Source: Ophelia neglecta (lineage: Eukaryota). Taken from it: DNA of 64,000 nucleotides. Position numbers and translations under genes: made by a program. Where the stretch lies: the NCBI GenBank assembly GCA_965285935.1, contig OZ260662.1, forward strand, positions 5,208,001-5,272,000, read 5' to 3'. Positions 23,680 through 33,401 of this stretch are shown piece by piece. The notes under the pieces were generated by a model. That model saw nothing but the letters and a program-made list of their open reading frames with translations, ran no database searches and was not told the origin of the DNA. Numbering within the stretch: position 1 is the first letter of the stretch; every line of letters starts with the position of its first letter.

Positions 23680-26409
23680 TCAGGGGATCCACGTGAATGT
23701 CCCAGGCGATAGCCCCGTGGGGAACAGTAGTACCCCGTAAGGTTTACATGGGGTGAACTGAATGTCCCTGGGGATAGTCCCCTGGGGGTCAGCGTTACCC
23801 ACGAAGGTTGTGAGGGGATTCAAATGAAAGTCGCTGGCGCTAGCCCCCTGTGGTTCAGGGTTATCTCCCAGGGTTGTCATGGGGTTCACATGAATGTCCC
23901 TGGCGATAGCCCGTGGGGGACCAGGGATAACCCCTAGAGTGTCCTGGGGGTCCCCAAGTACAAATCGTAGTTTGGTAATAAGGTTAGCATCTTCTGCTAT
24001 CAGGAAGGGAATCTTCCTCAGAACCCGCCTCTGTTTTCTAGTGAATGCTCTGAGATTGACATGATCAAGTATCACTGGGACGATAGGCAGTGATTTGTTT
24101 CCGAGGATCCTCTCCTCTATGACAGCGTTGATCTCGAACCCACACCACTCGCTCTGAGCCGAGTTGGGAGACAGGACCAAAATGACCGCCCTGCTGCACT
24201 CCATGGACCTCATCACATTGTCAGCAATGTCCAATCCGGGAATAAAGTCTCTATCATTGACACACAGAGAGTAGGGTGGGTCACAGTCCTGCTCCAGTCC
24301 AGGGAGAATGGTTTGGAATACCCATCGATAGTCATCACCACAGTAACAGACAAAGGCGTCGTACCGAAACTGGCCCTGTTCTCGTCGTCTGCGGCAGAGT
24401 CTTAAACCAGTGACAATGAAAAGCCACAGTTGGAGGGAGAAACTCTGTCTTTTCATAATGATAATAAGGGCCAGCGTGAAAAAGACTCCTAGCACGGTAG
24501 AGGTGACAATTTTTACTACCATGGTACGATGAATATCGGCTGAACATTGATAAGGGTAGGGTCCCCCAATGTATTTGTCACATCTACTCATGGAAAAGAC
24601 TGACAATATGTCCTGCTGTCTGCTGCCTGACAACCAAAAAGTGTCCAGACTACATTCGATGGCAAGTGTGTTTCTGACCCCCATTGACTTCAGCCAGGTG
24701 ATGAACTCCTCACAGCCACAGTGGATGGGGTTGTGATGGAGGTAGAGGGTGAAGGAGTCCAGCACCCGGTCCAGTGTCTCCACCTCCCGCTGTCCAGCCA
24801 GTGGGATGTACTCTATACAGTTATATATGAGTTCTATATCCCCTTGCTTACCGGTCGCAATATGACTCCGATCCATTTGTACCATTGGAAGCAAACTATC
24901 ACTTGTCAGTTCATTTAACCACAAACCGATCACTTTCACAGTGTGAAATGATGTGGTAAGCAACTCAGCTGGGAACAGCCTCAGGTGGGTGCCACGTATG
25001 GAGATGTATATCAGGTGTGAACCCAAAATGTTTTGCGGAACTGCAATGTTTAAAAGGTCGTTATTGCCCATTTCAAAAACTAATAAGTTTTGAAGGGAAA
25101 ATAATTCCTTTGGGACGTGGGTAAAGCGGTTGCTTGCAACAAAGAGGCTTTTTAAAATTTTAAGATTCTGGTTGGCTACACTATGTAAAGATTTCAGATT
25201 AGAACCACGCAAATATAAGTATTCCAGCTGCTTACAGTTAGCAAAGAGGTTTTCAGGTAAATATTCCAGTGGGTTGTATGACAAATCCAGGCGCATAACA
25301 TTAGTAGCAAACGACAGATTAGATATACGAGATCCATGGAGGTCGTTGTGGGCTAGGTCAATGCGATCCAGCCTTTCAATTCCTTCAACATGATCTATAG
25401 AGTTTATAGAGTTATATTCCAGGTGCACTTCTATCAGGATATAGTGTGTATTTAACCGGTAGTAGCCTGTGTTCCACATTGGATTATCGCTGTATCTCAG
25501 TGGCGAGTCTGGACGTGAATCAGTGAGTCTAGTCCAGTAACTACTCAGCATTACTGCCGCAGCATCCTCAATTCCAGTTACCTTTATAAGTTGCCTAGTC
25601 TTTGAAATTTTCCACAGTGGAAACATCTTCAAACCACCATTAACCAGGGAAAGTTCGTTAATCTCTCCAAATCCTCTTAAGTCTGAAAAGGCTGATAGAT
25701 TCGTATCCGAAAAACTCACCTGTATAACATTAGGAAACAACTCCGTTGGAAACGTTTGGATGGACTTCTGATACTCTATGGCATTTTTATATGTTTTCAT
25801 CTGGCAAGGGATACACATACTGGCATAAGGTTCCTGGTAGATGAGGCCAGAGAGAAGCAGGTATACAGTATTAAATCCATCTGGGGAATCAGTGGTCGAG
25901 CAAAAGTAGATTAGCCGTGTTTTGTTACAAGCAGAGTTATTAGAGAGTGAAAACGACTCGGGTACATTGGTCTTCAGCTGCACGTCGTTTAAAGTGATTA
26001 CAGTTGGAGCGGTAAGTTTTGAAAGTTGGAAAATGTCTGCCCAACCGACGGCACATTTCCCTATGTAAAGTAGTTGTATATGTTTCCCACTGCATTGAAC
26101 TATTGTTTCTAAAGGCTGTGACACGTGTATGTGATAGCCTGGTAAATCACACTCAATTTGAAGTCTCGAAGGCCATGAACTGTTGAGTTGTTTAAATCCA
26201 TGACATATTCTCCGATAATGTTCTGTTGTAACCTTACAGAGGTTCGTGTCAGTCCTGTTCCTAGGGGCGATGATTACCATTTTGATCCACTCACGACTAG
26301 CAACACTGAAGGCTATTTGTGCTCGCTGGTAATAGAATAGACTCTCACAAAACTGGCTCCATCCAGAAGATATGAGGAGGGCAGCACTCAGAAACCATAG
26401 CAACGACAT
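23680..26409 (-). CDS. Toll-like receptor, intronless, 909 aa (copy 1)
   Basis: Signal peptide; LRRs (LDRIDLAHN, RLDLSYNPL, LEYLYLRGSNL); LRRCT NPIHCGC; TM VTSTVLGVFFTLALIIIM; TIR YDAFVCY, DRDFIPG, SEWCGFE. Confidence 0.97.
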   Translation of the reverse strand: MSLLWFLSAALLISSGWSQFCESLFYYQRAQIAFSVASREWIKMVIIAPRNRTDTNLCKVTTEHYRRICHGFKQLNSSWPSRLQIECDLPGYHIHVSQPLETIVQCSGKHIQLLYIGKCAVGWADIFQLSKLTAPTVITLNDVQLKTNVPESFSLSNNSACNKTRLIYFCSTTDSPDGFNTVYLLLSGLIYQEPYASMCIPCQMKTYKNAIEYQKSIQTFPTELFPNVIQVSFSDTNLSAFSDLRGFGEINELSLVNGGLKMFPLWKISKTRQLIKVTGIEDAAAVMLSSYWTRLTDSRPDSPLRYSDNPMWNTGYYRLNTHYILIEVHLEYNSINSIDHVEGIERLDRIDLAHNDLHGSRISNLSFATNVMRLDLSYNPLEYLPENLFANCKQLEYLYLRGSNLKSLHSVANQNLKILKSLFVASNRFTHVPKELFSLQNLLVFEMGNNDLLNIAVPQNILGSHLIYISIRGTHLRLFPAELLTTSFHTVKVIGLWLNELTSDSLLPMVQMDRSHIATGKQGDIELIYNCIEYIPLAGQREVETLDRVLDSFTLYLHHNPIHCGCEEFITWLKSMGVRNTLAIECSLDTFWLSGSRQQDILSVFSMSRCDKYIGGPYPYQCSADIHRTMVVKIVTSTVLGVFFTLALIIIMKRQSFSLQLWLFIVTGLRLCRRRREQGQFRYDAFVCYCGDDYRWVFQTILPGLEQDCDPPYSLCVNDRDFIPGLDIADNVMRSMECSRAVILVLSPNSAQSEWCGFEINAVIEERILGNKSLPIVPVILDHVNLRAFTRKQRRVLRKIPFLIAEDANLITKLRFVLGDPQDTLGVIPGPPRAIARDIHVNPMTTLGDNPEPQGASASDFHLNPLTTFVGNADPQGTIPRDIQFTPCKPYGVLLFPTGLSPGTFTWIP

Positions 26410-27379
26410 GGTGCTATTCTAGTCTCCTGACTTCTGTCAAGGCTTGTAGCAGTTAAAGCTGAGACTTATATATGGGTATTGGCAGACAAGAGGGAGAGGA
26501 TTGACACTCTTATAACACCACTGTGTACACCGATATCATGTCACAGTGTAATACGGGTCTGGTTCTCGACTGGTTGCTGGCCTCTAACAGTTAAAGCCGA
26601 GATTTATATATATATATATTGCCAGACAAACAGGACCTGTATCAGTAATATGAAACGTGTATGTAGATAGTGCCAGACGGACACGATTTGTAGCTATACC
26701 GTATTTAGACCCAATAGAAGACTCGCTTTAACATTTTTTTATGTGTAAAAAAGAATGAACTTTTGAGACAAAATTGGGAATGTGTTTAATAGTGGAATAA
26801 TAACATACATTTGTACGATTTTAATGATAAAATCCCAAACTAAGCTATGGTCCAGCCCTATTCTAAAACTACTGGTGTGTTCTTTATCAGATATGCGTCT
26901 CCTATTAGATCATTTACGGTAATATGTTAAATCACGGCTATGATTTACTGGTGTTATACTGTAAACCAAAAAGGGTTCGTGAGCCGAACATATTTGCCAT
27001 TATCGAAAAAATTCATGAAAATTTCAATGACCTGTAGCCATACTTCCAGAGAAATCACTCTACATTACTCTTGGACGAAAATTCAGGTAAAAAATATGTG
27101 GTGGAATATAGTTAACATAAATTGCCTGATCGCAGAAATGTGTACACATATCACCCAGTTGACAGTATAGACTTCCCTTTCCCGTGGTGTCGATCCCTCT
27201 TCTTTCGGTTCCCATTTTACAGCCCTCCTTCTACCGCCATCTTTCAGACTTTTTTCAGTCCCTTACTTTGAATCAGAATAGGGCCTACTTCTTCTAACTC
27301 ATAATTATAGGAAGTAGTTAGGCTCTCCCCGTACCCCAGTCACCAGTCAGGCTGTCACCATATTAATATGTATATTAGA

Positions 27380-27770
27380 TTGGGCTTACTCACAGGTACT
27401 CAACAGTATGGCGATATGGGTCTACTAGGGTTAGTCCACAGATACCTTACAATATGGATGTATGGTTGTACATGGGTAAATCCACAGATACCTGACAGTA
27501 TGTTGATTTGAGTGTACAAGGGTTAATCTACAGAGAGCTTACAGTTTGTACAGGTTTTAAATCCATAACATCAATCTTAAAGTGAAATCTTGAAAATGTG
27601 TCCATGTGTTAATCCACCGATACCTAACAGTACTGTGATATGTGTGTCCATGGGGTAATTTACAGGTATCTGACAGTATGATGATGTGGGTTTGCATGGG
27701 TAATCTACAGATACCTCAAATATGGTGATGTGGGTGTACATGGGTAATCTACAGATACCTTACAGTATGT
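27380..27770. repeat. Degenerate ~43-bp tandem repeat upstream of TLR (copies at ~37040-37430, ~47550-47780)
   Basis: Recurring GGGTAATCTACAGATACCTGACAGTATG...GTGTACAT. Confidence 0.8.
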
Positions 27771-27797
27771 TCAGCTGTTCCAATCCATAACATTTTC

Positions 27798-27952
27798 TAT
27801 AGTGAAACGTGCCTTAAAGACCACCTCTATAGTCAGACAGCCTGTCAATTCCGATCGTTAATATTATTATTAATATATGACCATAATATACACTTTTAAT
27901 CTAAATAACCTGTATCAGACCGCCTCTATAATCAGGCAAGGTTTCGCTGTAT
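27798..27952. mobile_element. Degraded CAGTGAAACC-family Tc1/mariner-type MITE (copy at ~37454-37608)
   Basis: TAGTGAAACGTGCCTTAAAGACCACC ... GGTTTCGCTGTA; same family as 39957-40134, opposite orientation. Confidence 0.6.
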
Positions 27953-28674
27953 ACCAACTAAACAAGCAGCACAAAGTGCATGAGACCATGAATCTCGTTA
28001 ACCGTGTGTTCGCTTTACATTTCACCCCACAGCTAACATCTTACCCTGCTCACAGGGGCAGGGTAACAAACAGGAACATTCTCGCGAGCTGGACATTTTA
28101 CATAAATCATATGTCACTATATATTTTCAGCATGAAGGTTCTTCGCAGAGCACAGATACGGTGATTTCCTGTTGAGAGTAGGTCTACTTAGCCTACTAAG
28201 TGATTTTCATTTAGAGCGCCATCTGGAGGGCGTTGCTGCGCAACCTGACAGGGTGGTGCAAACATTCGCTTCGGCCATACCAGATTAGCGAGAATGCAAT
28301 GCAGGTGCGGCTTGAAATCGTTCGGAATTTAACACAGTTTTAGTCAAGTAGATGTCATTTATTAAACTATTCTTGATATAATATGGTCAGATATCTTATA
28401 GTCATGACATAACTTAGGCCTGAGAGCCGTTTTGGCTTAAAGAACGGAGATTTCATGCGGATTTTATAGTAGCCGTTTGAAGGTAGCGCGGGCGATATTA
28501 TGGTATATTTCCATTACGTCGTGCCTAGTAATCAACCGGCGGTGTCGGAAAATGCTATTTCTTTGCTACAAAATTCAGTATTGTTCATTTTAAGATTAAT
28601 TGGCTATGACTTCACATTACTTCGCTTCTGAATGTATCCAAATTATATGATTTATTTATTTACAGTCGTCAGAA

Positions 28675-28845
28675 ATGGGCAACAAGCGATGTGCTCATGG
28701 CACTTGTAACAGTGACAGCAGGTATGGCCCAGAGGGGAAGAGACCAAGACCAGATATGGTGGGAGTAGAGTTTATACCATTTTGTAAACCTTCTGTTGAT
28801 GAAGCAAAATGCAAAACATATCGTGAGACTCTGAGACAAAGGTAA
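28675..28845 (+). pseudogene. THAP zinc-finger N-terminal fragment, probably from a DNA transposon (copy at 38331-38501)
   Basis: MGNKRCAHGTCNSDSRY...VEFIPFCKP...KCKT after acceptor TTTATTTATTTACAG; Cx4C plus F-x-F-(P) pattern of THAP; truncated by the LINE fragment; below the ORF-track length cutoff. Confidence 0.65.
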
Positions 28846-29665
28846 TTTTATCAGATAGATAATCGGGCGCTAAGCCGTATATACATTTAAAGGAAAGAAG
28901 TGATGTAAAATAGTCCCGTCGATGCCTAATTGTCATAATACCGAGATTCGAAGAAGGCCAGATGCGCTCGTATTCGTATTTAACATTAGGAAACCTTTCC
29001 CTCGGAAATGTTTGGATGGTTTTCTGATACACTAGAGCATTTTTATAAGTTTTCATCTGACAAGGGATGCACACATTGGCAAACGGTTCATAGTAAATGA
29101 GCCCTTCCATAAGTAGAAAGTCAGTATGAAATCCATATGGGTAATCGGTAGTCGACCATATACTGATGGTACTTGTTTTGTTGCAAGCAGAGTTATTAAA
29201 GAGGGAAATCTGTCCTAAATCACTAGTCGTCAGCTGCACATCTTCTAAAACGATATTAGTGGGAGCAGCGAATAGAGCAAGTTGGAAAATTTCTGTCCAA
29301 CCGACGGCACATTTCTTAATGAACAGTGATTGTATATGTTTCCCACTGCATTGAACTACTGTTTCTAAAGGCTGTGACACATGTATGTGAAAGCCTAGTA
29401 GATCGCACACGATGTGAAGTGGCGAAGGCCATGAGCTGTTCAGTTGTTTAAATCCGCGACATATGCTGCGTTGATGTTCTATTGTTAACTCACAGAAGTT
29501 TGTATCAATCCTGTTCGTAGGCGCTTTGATTGTCATTTGTATCCATTCAACGGTTGCAGCAGTGAAGGGTTCGGGCTGGCGCTCGTAACTAATTTGACTC
29601 TCACAAACATGGCTTTGACCAATAGACATGAGGAGGGCAGCACTCAGAAGCCATAGCCACGACAT
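28772..29665 (-). CDS. Truncated TLR paralog A: signal peptide + ~229-aa TLR N-terminus fused in frame to LINE RT C-terminal peptide (297 aa; putative secreted product or pseudogene)
   Basis: Aligns colinearly with TLR residues 1-229 (about 60% identity by eye), then MTIRHRRDYFTSLLSFKCIYGLAPDYLSD (CR1/L2 RT C-terminal motif); no TM or TIR. Confidence 0.6.
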   Translation of the reverse strand: MSWLWLLSAALLMSIGQSHVCESQISYERQPEPFTAATVEWIQMTIKAPTNRIDTNFCELTIEHQRSICRGFKQLNSSWPSPLHIVCDLLGFHIHVSQPLETVVQCSGKHIQSLFIKKCAVGWTEIFQLALFAAPTNIVLEDVQLTTSDLGQISLFNNSACNKTSTISIWSTTDYPYGFHTDFLLMEGLIYYEPFANVCIPCQMKTYKNALVYQKTIQTFPRERFPNVKYEYERIWPSSNLGIMTIRHRRDYFTSLLSFKCIYGLAPDYLSDKITFVSESHDMFCILLHQQKVYKMV

Positions 29666-30814
29666 GGCGATATTGTATTCTTCCTGACTTTTGTGTAGGC
29701 TTGTAACAGTTAAGGCTGAAATTTATGCGTATGTATTGCCAGACAAACAGGACCTGCATGAATAATAGGAGACTTATACATAAACATTGTCAGCCGGATG
29801 CGATTTGCATCTATACCGTAGTCGATCTAATATCATTTTTCAGGTCTAGAAGTAATTAACTTTTGTGGCTAACTCGGGGAATTGCGTCTAAAGTTTTAAT
29901 GGTAAATGTTTTAGAATAAGCTTTGGTCCACCTTATAATAAAACAAAGGGTGCATACTTTATTAGATACCTTTCTTCTATTAGATTATTTCGGTAATATG
30001 AAAAATCAGTGCTAAGTTTCCGTGGTATTATACTGTGAACCAGAAAATATTCGCGAACTGGACATTTTCGCGATTATTACATTCTCAAATTTATTTCTCA
30101 AGAAAACATCCCGTAGCTATCGTCCCTCGTTTATGTTAGATACATCTGAATGTTTTCATATACTCAGGGACAATATTACATGTTGAACAAAATTCCCCTG
30201 GTTGGGAAAATGTGTTGATTTACACCTTACACAGCCCACAGCCCGGATGTGGGAGGCTAATGATACGCCACTTCGAATTTCATAGAGGCTGAAGTACATA
30301 CTAGATATTGTAATGGGATGGAATTAGGTCTGTGTCTCGCCTGTTTATATCAAACCGGTACTTGAACATAAGTATCAATGAATGGTATTAAATATGGTCC
30401 GGGGTTGGAGGTGGGGGGGGGGGGGGGGGGCATTCGTAGGATAGGCCCGAACTTTCAAGCAAGTCGGGACGAGAACAAAGTTCGGCGGCAAGAGCAAAGA
30501 GGAGCATGACTAAATCCCAGTGACCGAAAAGCTCTTAGTATCTCATCACTAAAGATGCCAGTAATGGGTCGCCTCAGGCTCTGGTCCCCAATATACGTGG
30601 CCCACTCTTACTCAAGGCTTGTCATCTAGGTTTAACCAGTCTTAATATGAACATAGATTACAAGTCGTCATCCGGAGATTCAGACTAAAACACTCGGGAC
30701 CAATATCAACTGTAATATGAAGACTCTGTACCTGCATTATTAAAATAATCTAACAGTGTTTACTAAATATGCCTTTTCAATTTGTAACAAAGGGTGCTTA
30801 AATAGATATAATGT

Positions 30815-31030
30815 ATGCTTTATACCTATTGATCAAACCCATGGGTACCTTCTGGTTTTACCGTGCCTATTGGTCAAACCAGTAGGTACCTCTTAGGTAT
30901 ACCTAAAAGGTTCCCATTCATCAAACCTATAGGTACCTTTCAGGTATACCTAATAGGTATCTAATTTTCAAACCAAAAGGTACCATTCAGTTATTTCTAA
31001 AGGTACGTTTTATACCACGGGCGCGGTTTT
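30815..31030. repeat. GGTACC/TACCTA-rich palindromic repeat array (copy at ~41170-41390), probably a transposon end
   Basis: Repeated TCAAACC...AGGTACCT...AGGTATACCT motifs. Confidence 0.55.
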
Positions 31031-33401
31031 ACGGTAGCAGAAGCTTGTAGAAGCTTGCAAGTTCTATTATGAATACACTAAACCCCCAGGCCACGAATTA
31101 CCAATAAATCGATTCAAAGTCTTCAATGAGCATAAGTTGTACGTTCAACAAATATTAATATTTTGAACTCAAATCTAACCACCTTTTTTGAGGAGTTTAG
31201 TCCAAGGACACCACACTTAGATTGTAACAGCATCCCCATGGTAACATGGTATGAACAAAAAATAGACGAAAATCAAAAATTATACCAAATAATCCATACT
31301 TTTCATATTAAATGCTCTATTTAACTGTAATGGTTCCGTGTCAGACCAAGCGACCACTCAAATTATGGTTGTAACTAATTTATTGGTTGTCATGGTTACT
31401 GCAGAAAAATTGAATAAAACGCATTTTAATGACGTTTTCGAGCTATGTTATATTTGATTAACAATAGAAATGATTTCAAGAAAAAAAAATTATTGGTTAA
31501 ATAGTTATGGTATCCTGAATTTTCCATTGAGGCAAGAAATATTGGCAAAATGCTTTTTCGTCATTAGCATGCCATAACCGGTACATTTCTGCTGACGCTA
31601 ATTTCACACAAATACTGCATTTTGTGCAAAACAAAACAAAACTCATAATTTGCAACACGGTTTGGGACCGAAAGTGGGATCCGTTTTGGATATAGTGTCA
31701 AGCTAATTGTAGCATTTTTTCTGAAATCTTCTAGGCACCAAATGAAAATGGCTGGTCCCTATAAGCCCCTGGTTTCCTCCTCATACTTGCTTAACTATTT
31801 TCGACATCCGCATTCTCTGCTACTGCGGGAATTTCCCTTTTGGTGAGGAGAATTTCCCCTCCCCTATCATGGGAATTTCTCGACCTGATGGTTAATATTT
31901 ATTTTAAAGGAGAAAAATGCCCTTTAATAGGTAGCGCCTTTCCTAATCAAAGGAGCTTTTCCTCTTAATAAATATATATATATATAATTCTCAGTTTATG
32001 ATTAATGTTCTAAACATTTAAAGGGTTCGGATAATAAAAATAACTACATAAAAATTATAAGCCCGGATAAACATGAAAGGAAATATATACTCACAATATA
32101 TGAGCCAAAAAAGCACAATTTAAGCCAGAGTACAAATCAAACGATGTGTCCAAAAGGCTTATATCAAAATGTATGCTACCTGAGGCACATTACATCCTAT
32201 TTCATCCATATTTAATCATTTTAGATTGTTGATTTCATTAAAGATAAGAAGTAGTGAAAGAAAGCACAAACATTTCAGTCGCCTGACGGGGGGTAACTGA
32301 AAGGACAGATATTTGCTTATGGCATTAACCAGGCACGTAAGAATAATCTGCCTACAGGAAGGAAAAATGACGCAGGTCGGACTTTTCGCATCCATATGCG
32401 CTTTCATTGTGACTTTTTATGAAGTTGTTTAGGTCTCAAATATCATGGTTATATTTGGAACGTTTAATGTCTGCGTTCTCGTTACAGACAAAATGAACAT
32501 TCACTCAACCTGTTAAGTTTTTTCGATCTGTTGAGTGTGGATAATGACACCGTAATAATGAATCTAGCAAGGTTTATTCATAATGCATTTAACTACAAGA
32601 AGCAATAACCTGAAAATTGTATTACACACAGATACATTTATGTATGTTTTCATAGTTAAGTTACCCGGCTCGTCATGCGGATTTTGGATTTTAGGAGCCA
32701 AACTTCAGAACGGTGCTGATTCTTATGATACTTGACTATTTTAACAAGTGTCAATTCATACGAGACAATTAGGAATCATCTTTTGAAAAATAATCATGCA
32801 CCTTGCAGGGAACACTCGAATAATAATTTTAGGTGAAATTGTTTTTTCCAAGAAAACATTTAGACAGTGAACTAGTTGAAAATTCATAAAAAAGAAATTT
32901 ACAACCCAACTTATTAAGATTATTTAGAAATAGAGACTTAATTCCTAACATTACATTATAACCACTTGTTACATTCTGTAGGAATGTGCAATGTTCTCAG
33001 TTTTGGTCTCGTAAACTAAATAAATGCCGTATGGCTATACCTTAATTTGTAAGTGAGTCGACTCTTCGTATGGTCATTATTATTGTACATTGCAGTATAG
33101 ATTTGATAACTAGTACAAAGCTCCTAAAAGCTTATGAGTGATAGGGATTATTATCAATATAAATCTGTTGCTTACACTAAACGAATGATTTATAGTTAGG
33201 GTTTAAAGTCACTAGGTCATTTGAGGCAAGTTATGTATAAGCCTCTTTATATGGTTGATTATTAAATAATAGTGTAAGGAAGATTCCCTCACCAGGGAAG
33301 ATCTTAAAACATCATGTCTTGAATAATTTCCCCAGTGGCCACAGGGGATCCACATGAATGTCCCAGGCGATAGCCCCGTGGGGATCAGTAGTACCTAAGG
33401 T

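Noticed and set aside
24130-24155. TIR NADase signature (WCxxE)
   Set aside because: SEWCGFE is the ordinary motif of animal TLR TIR domains and does not indicate enzymatic activity; no bacterial Thoeris-like context.
24335-25393. Conserved overlapping/antisense short ORFs in all three TLRs
   Set aside because: Their conservation follows from DNA identity of the duplicates; no independent coding features.
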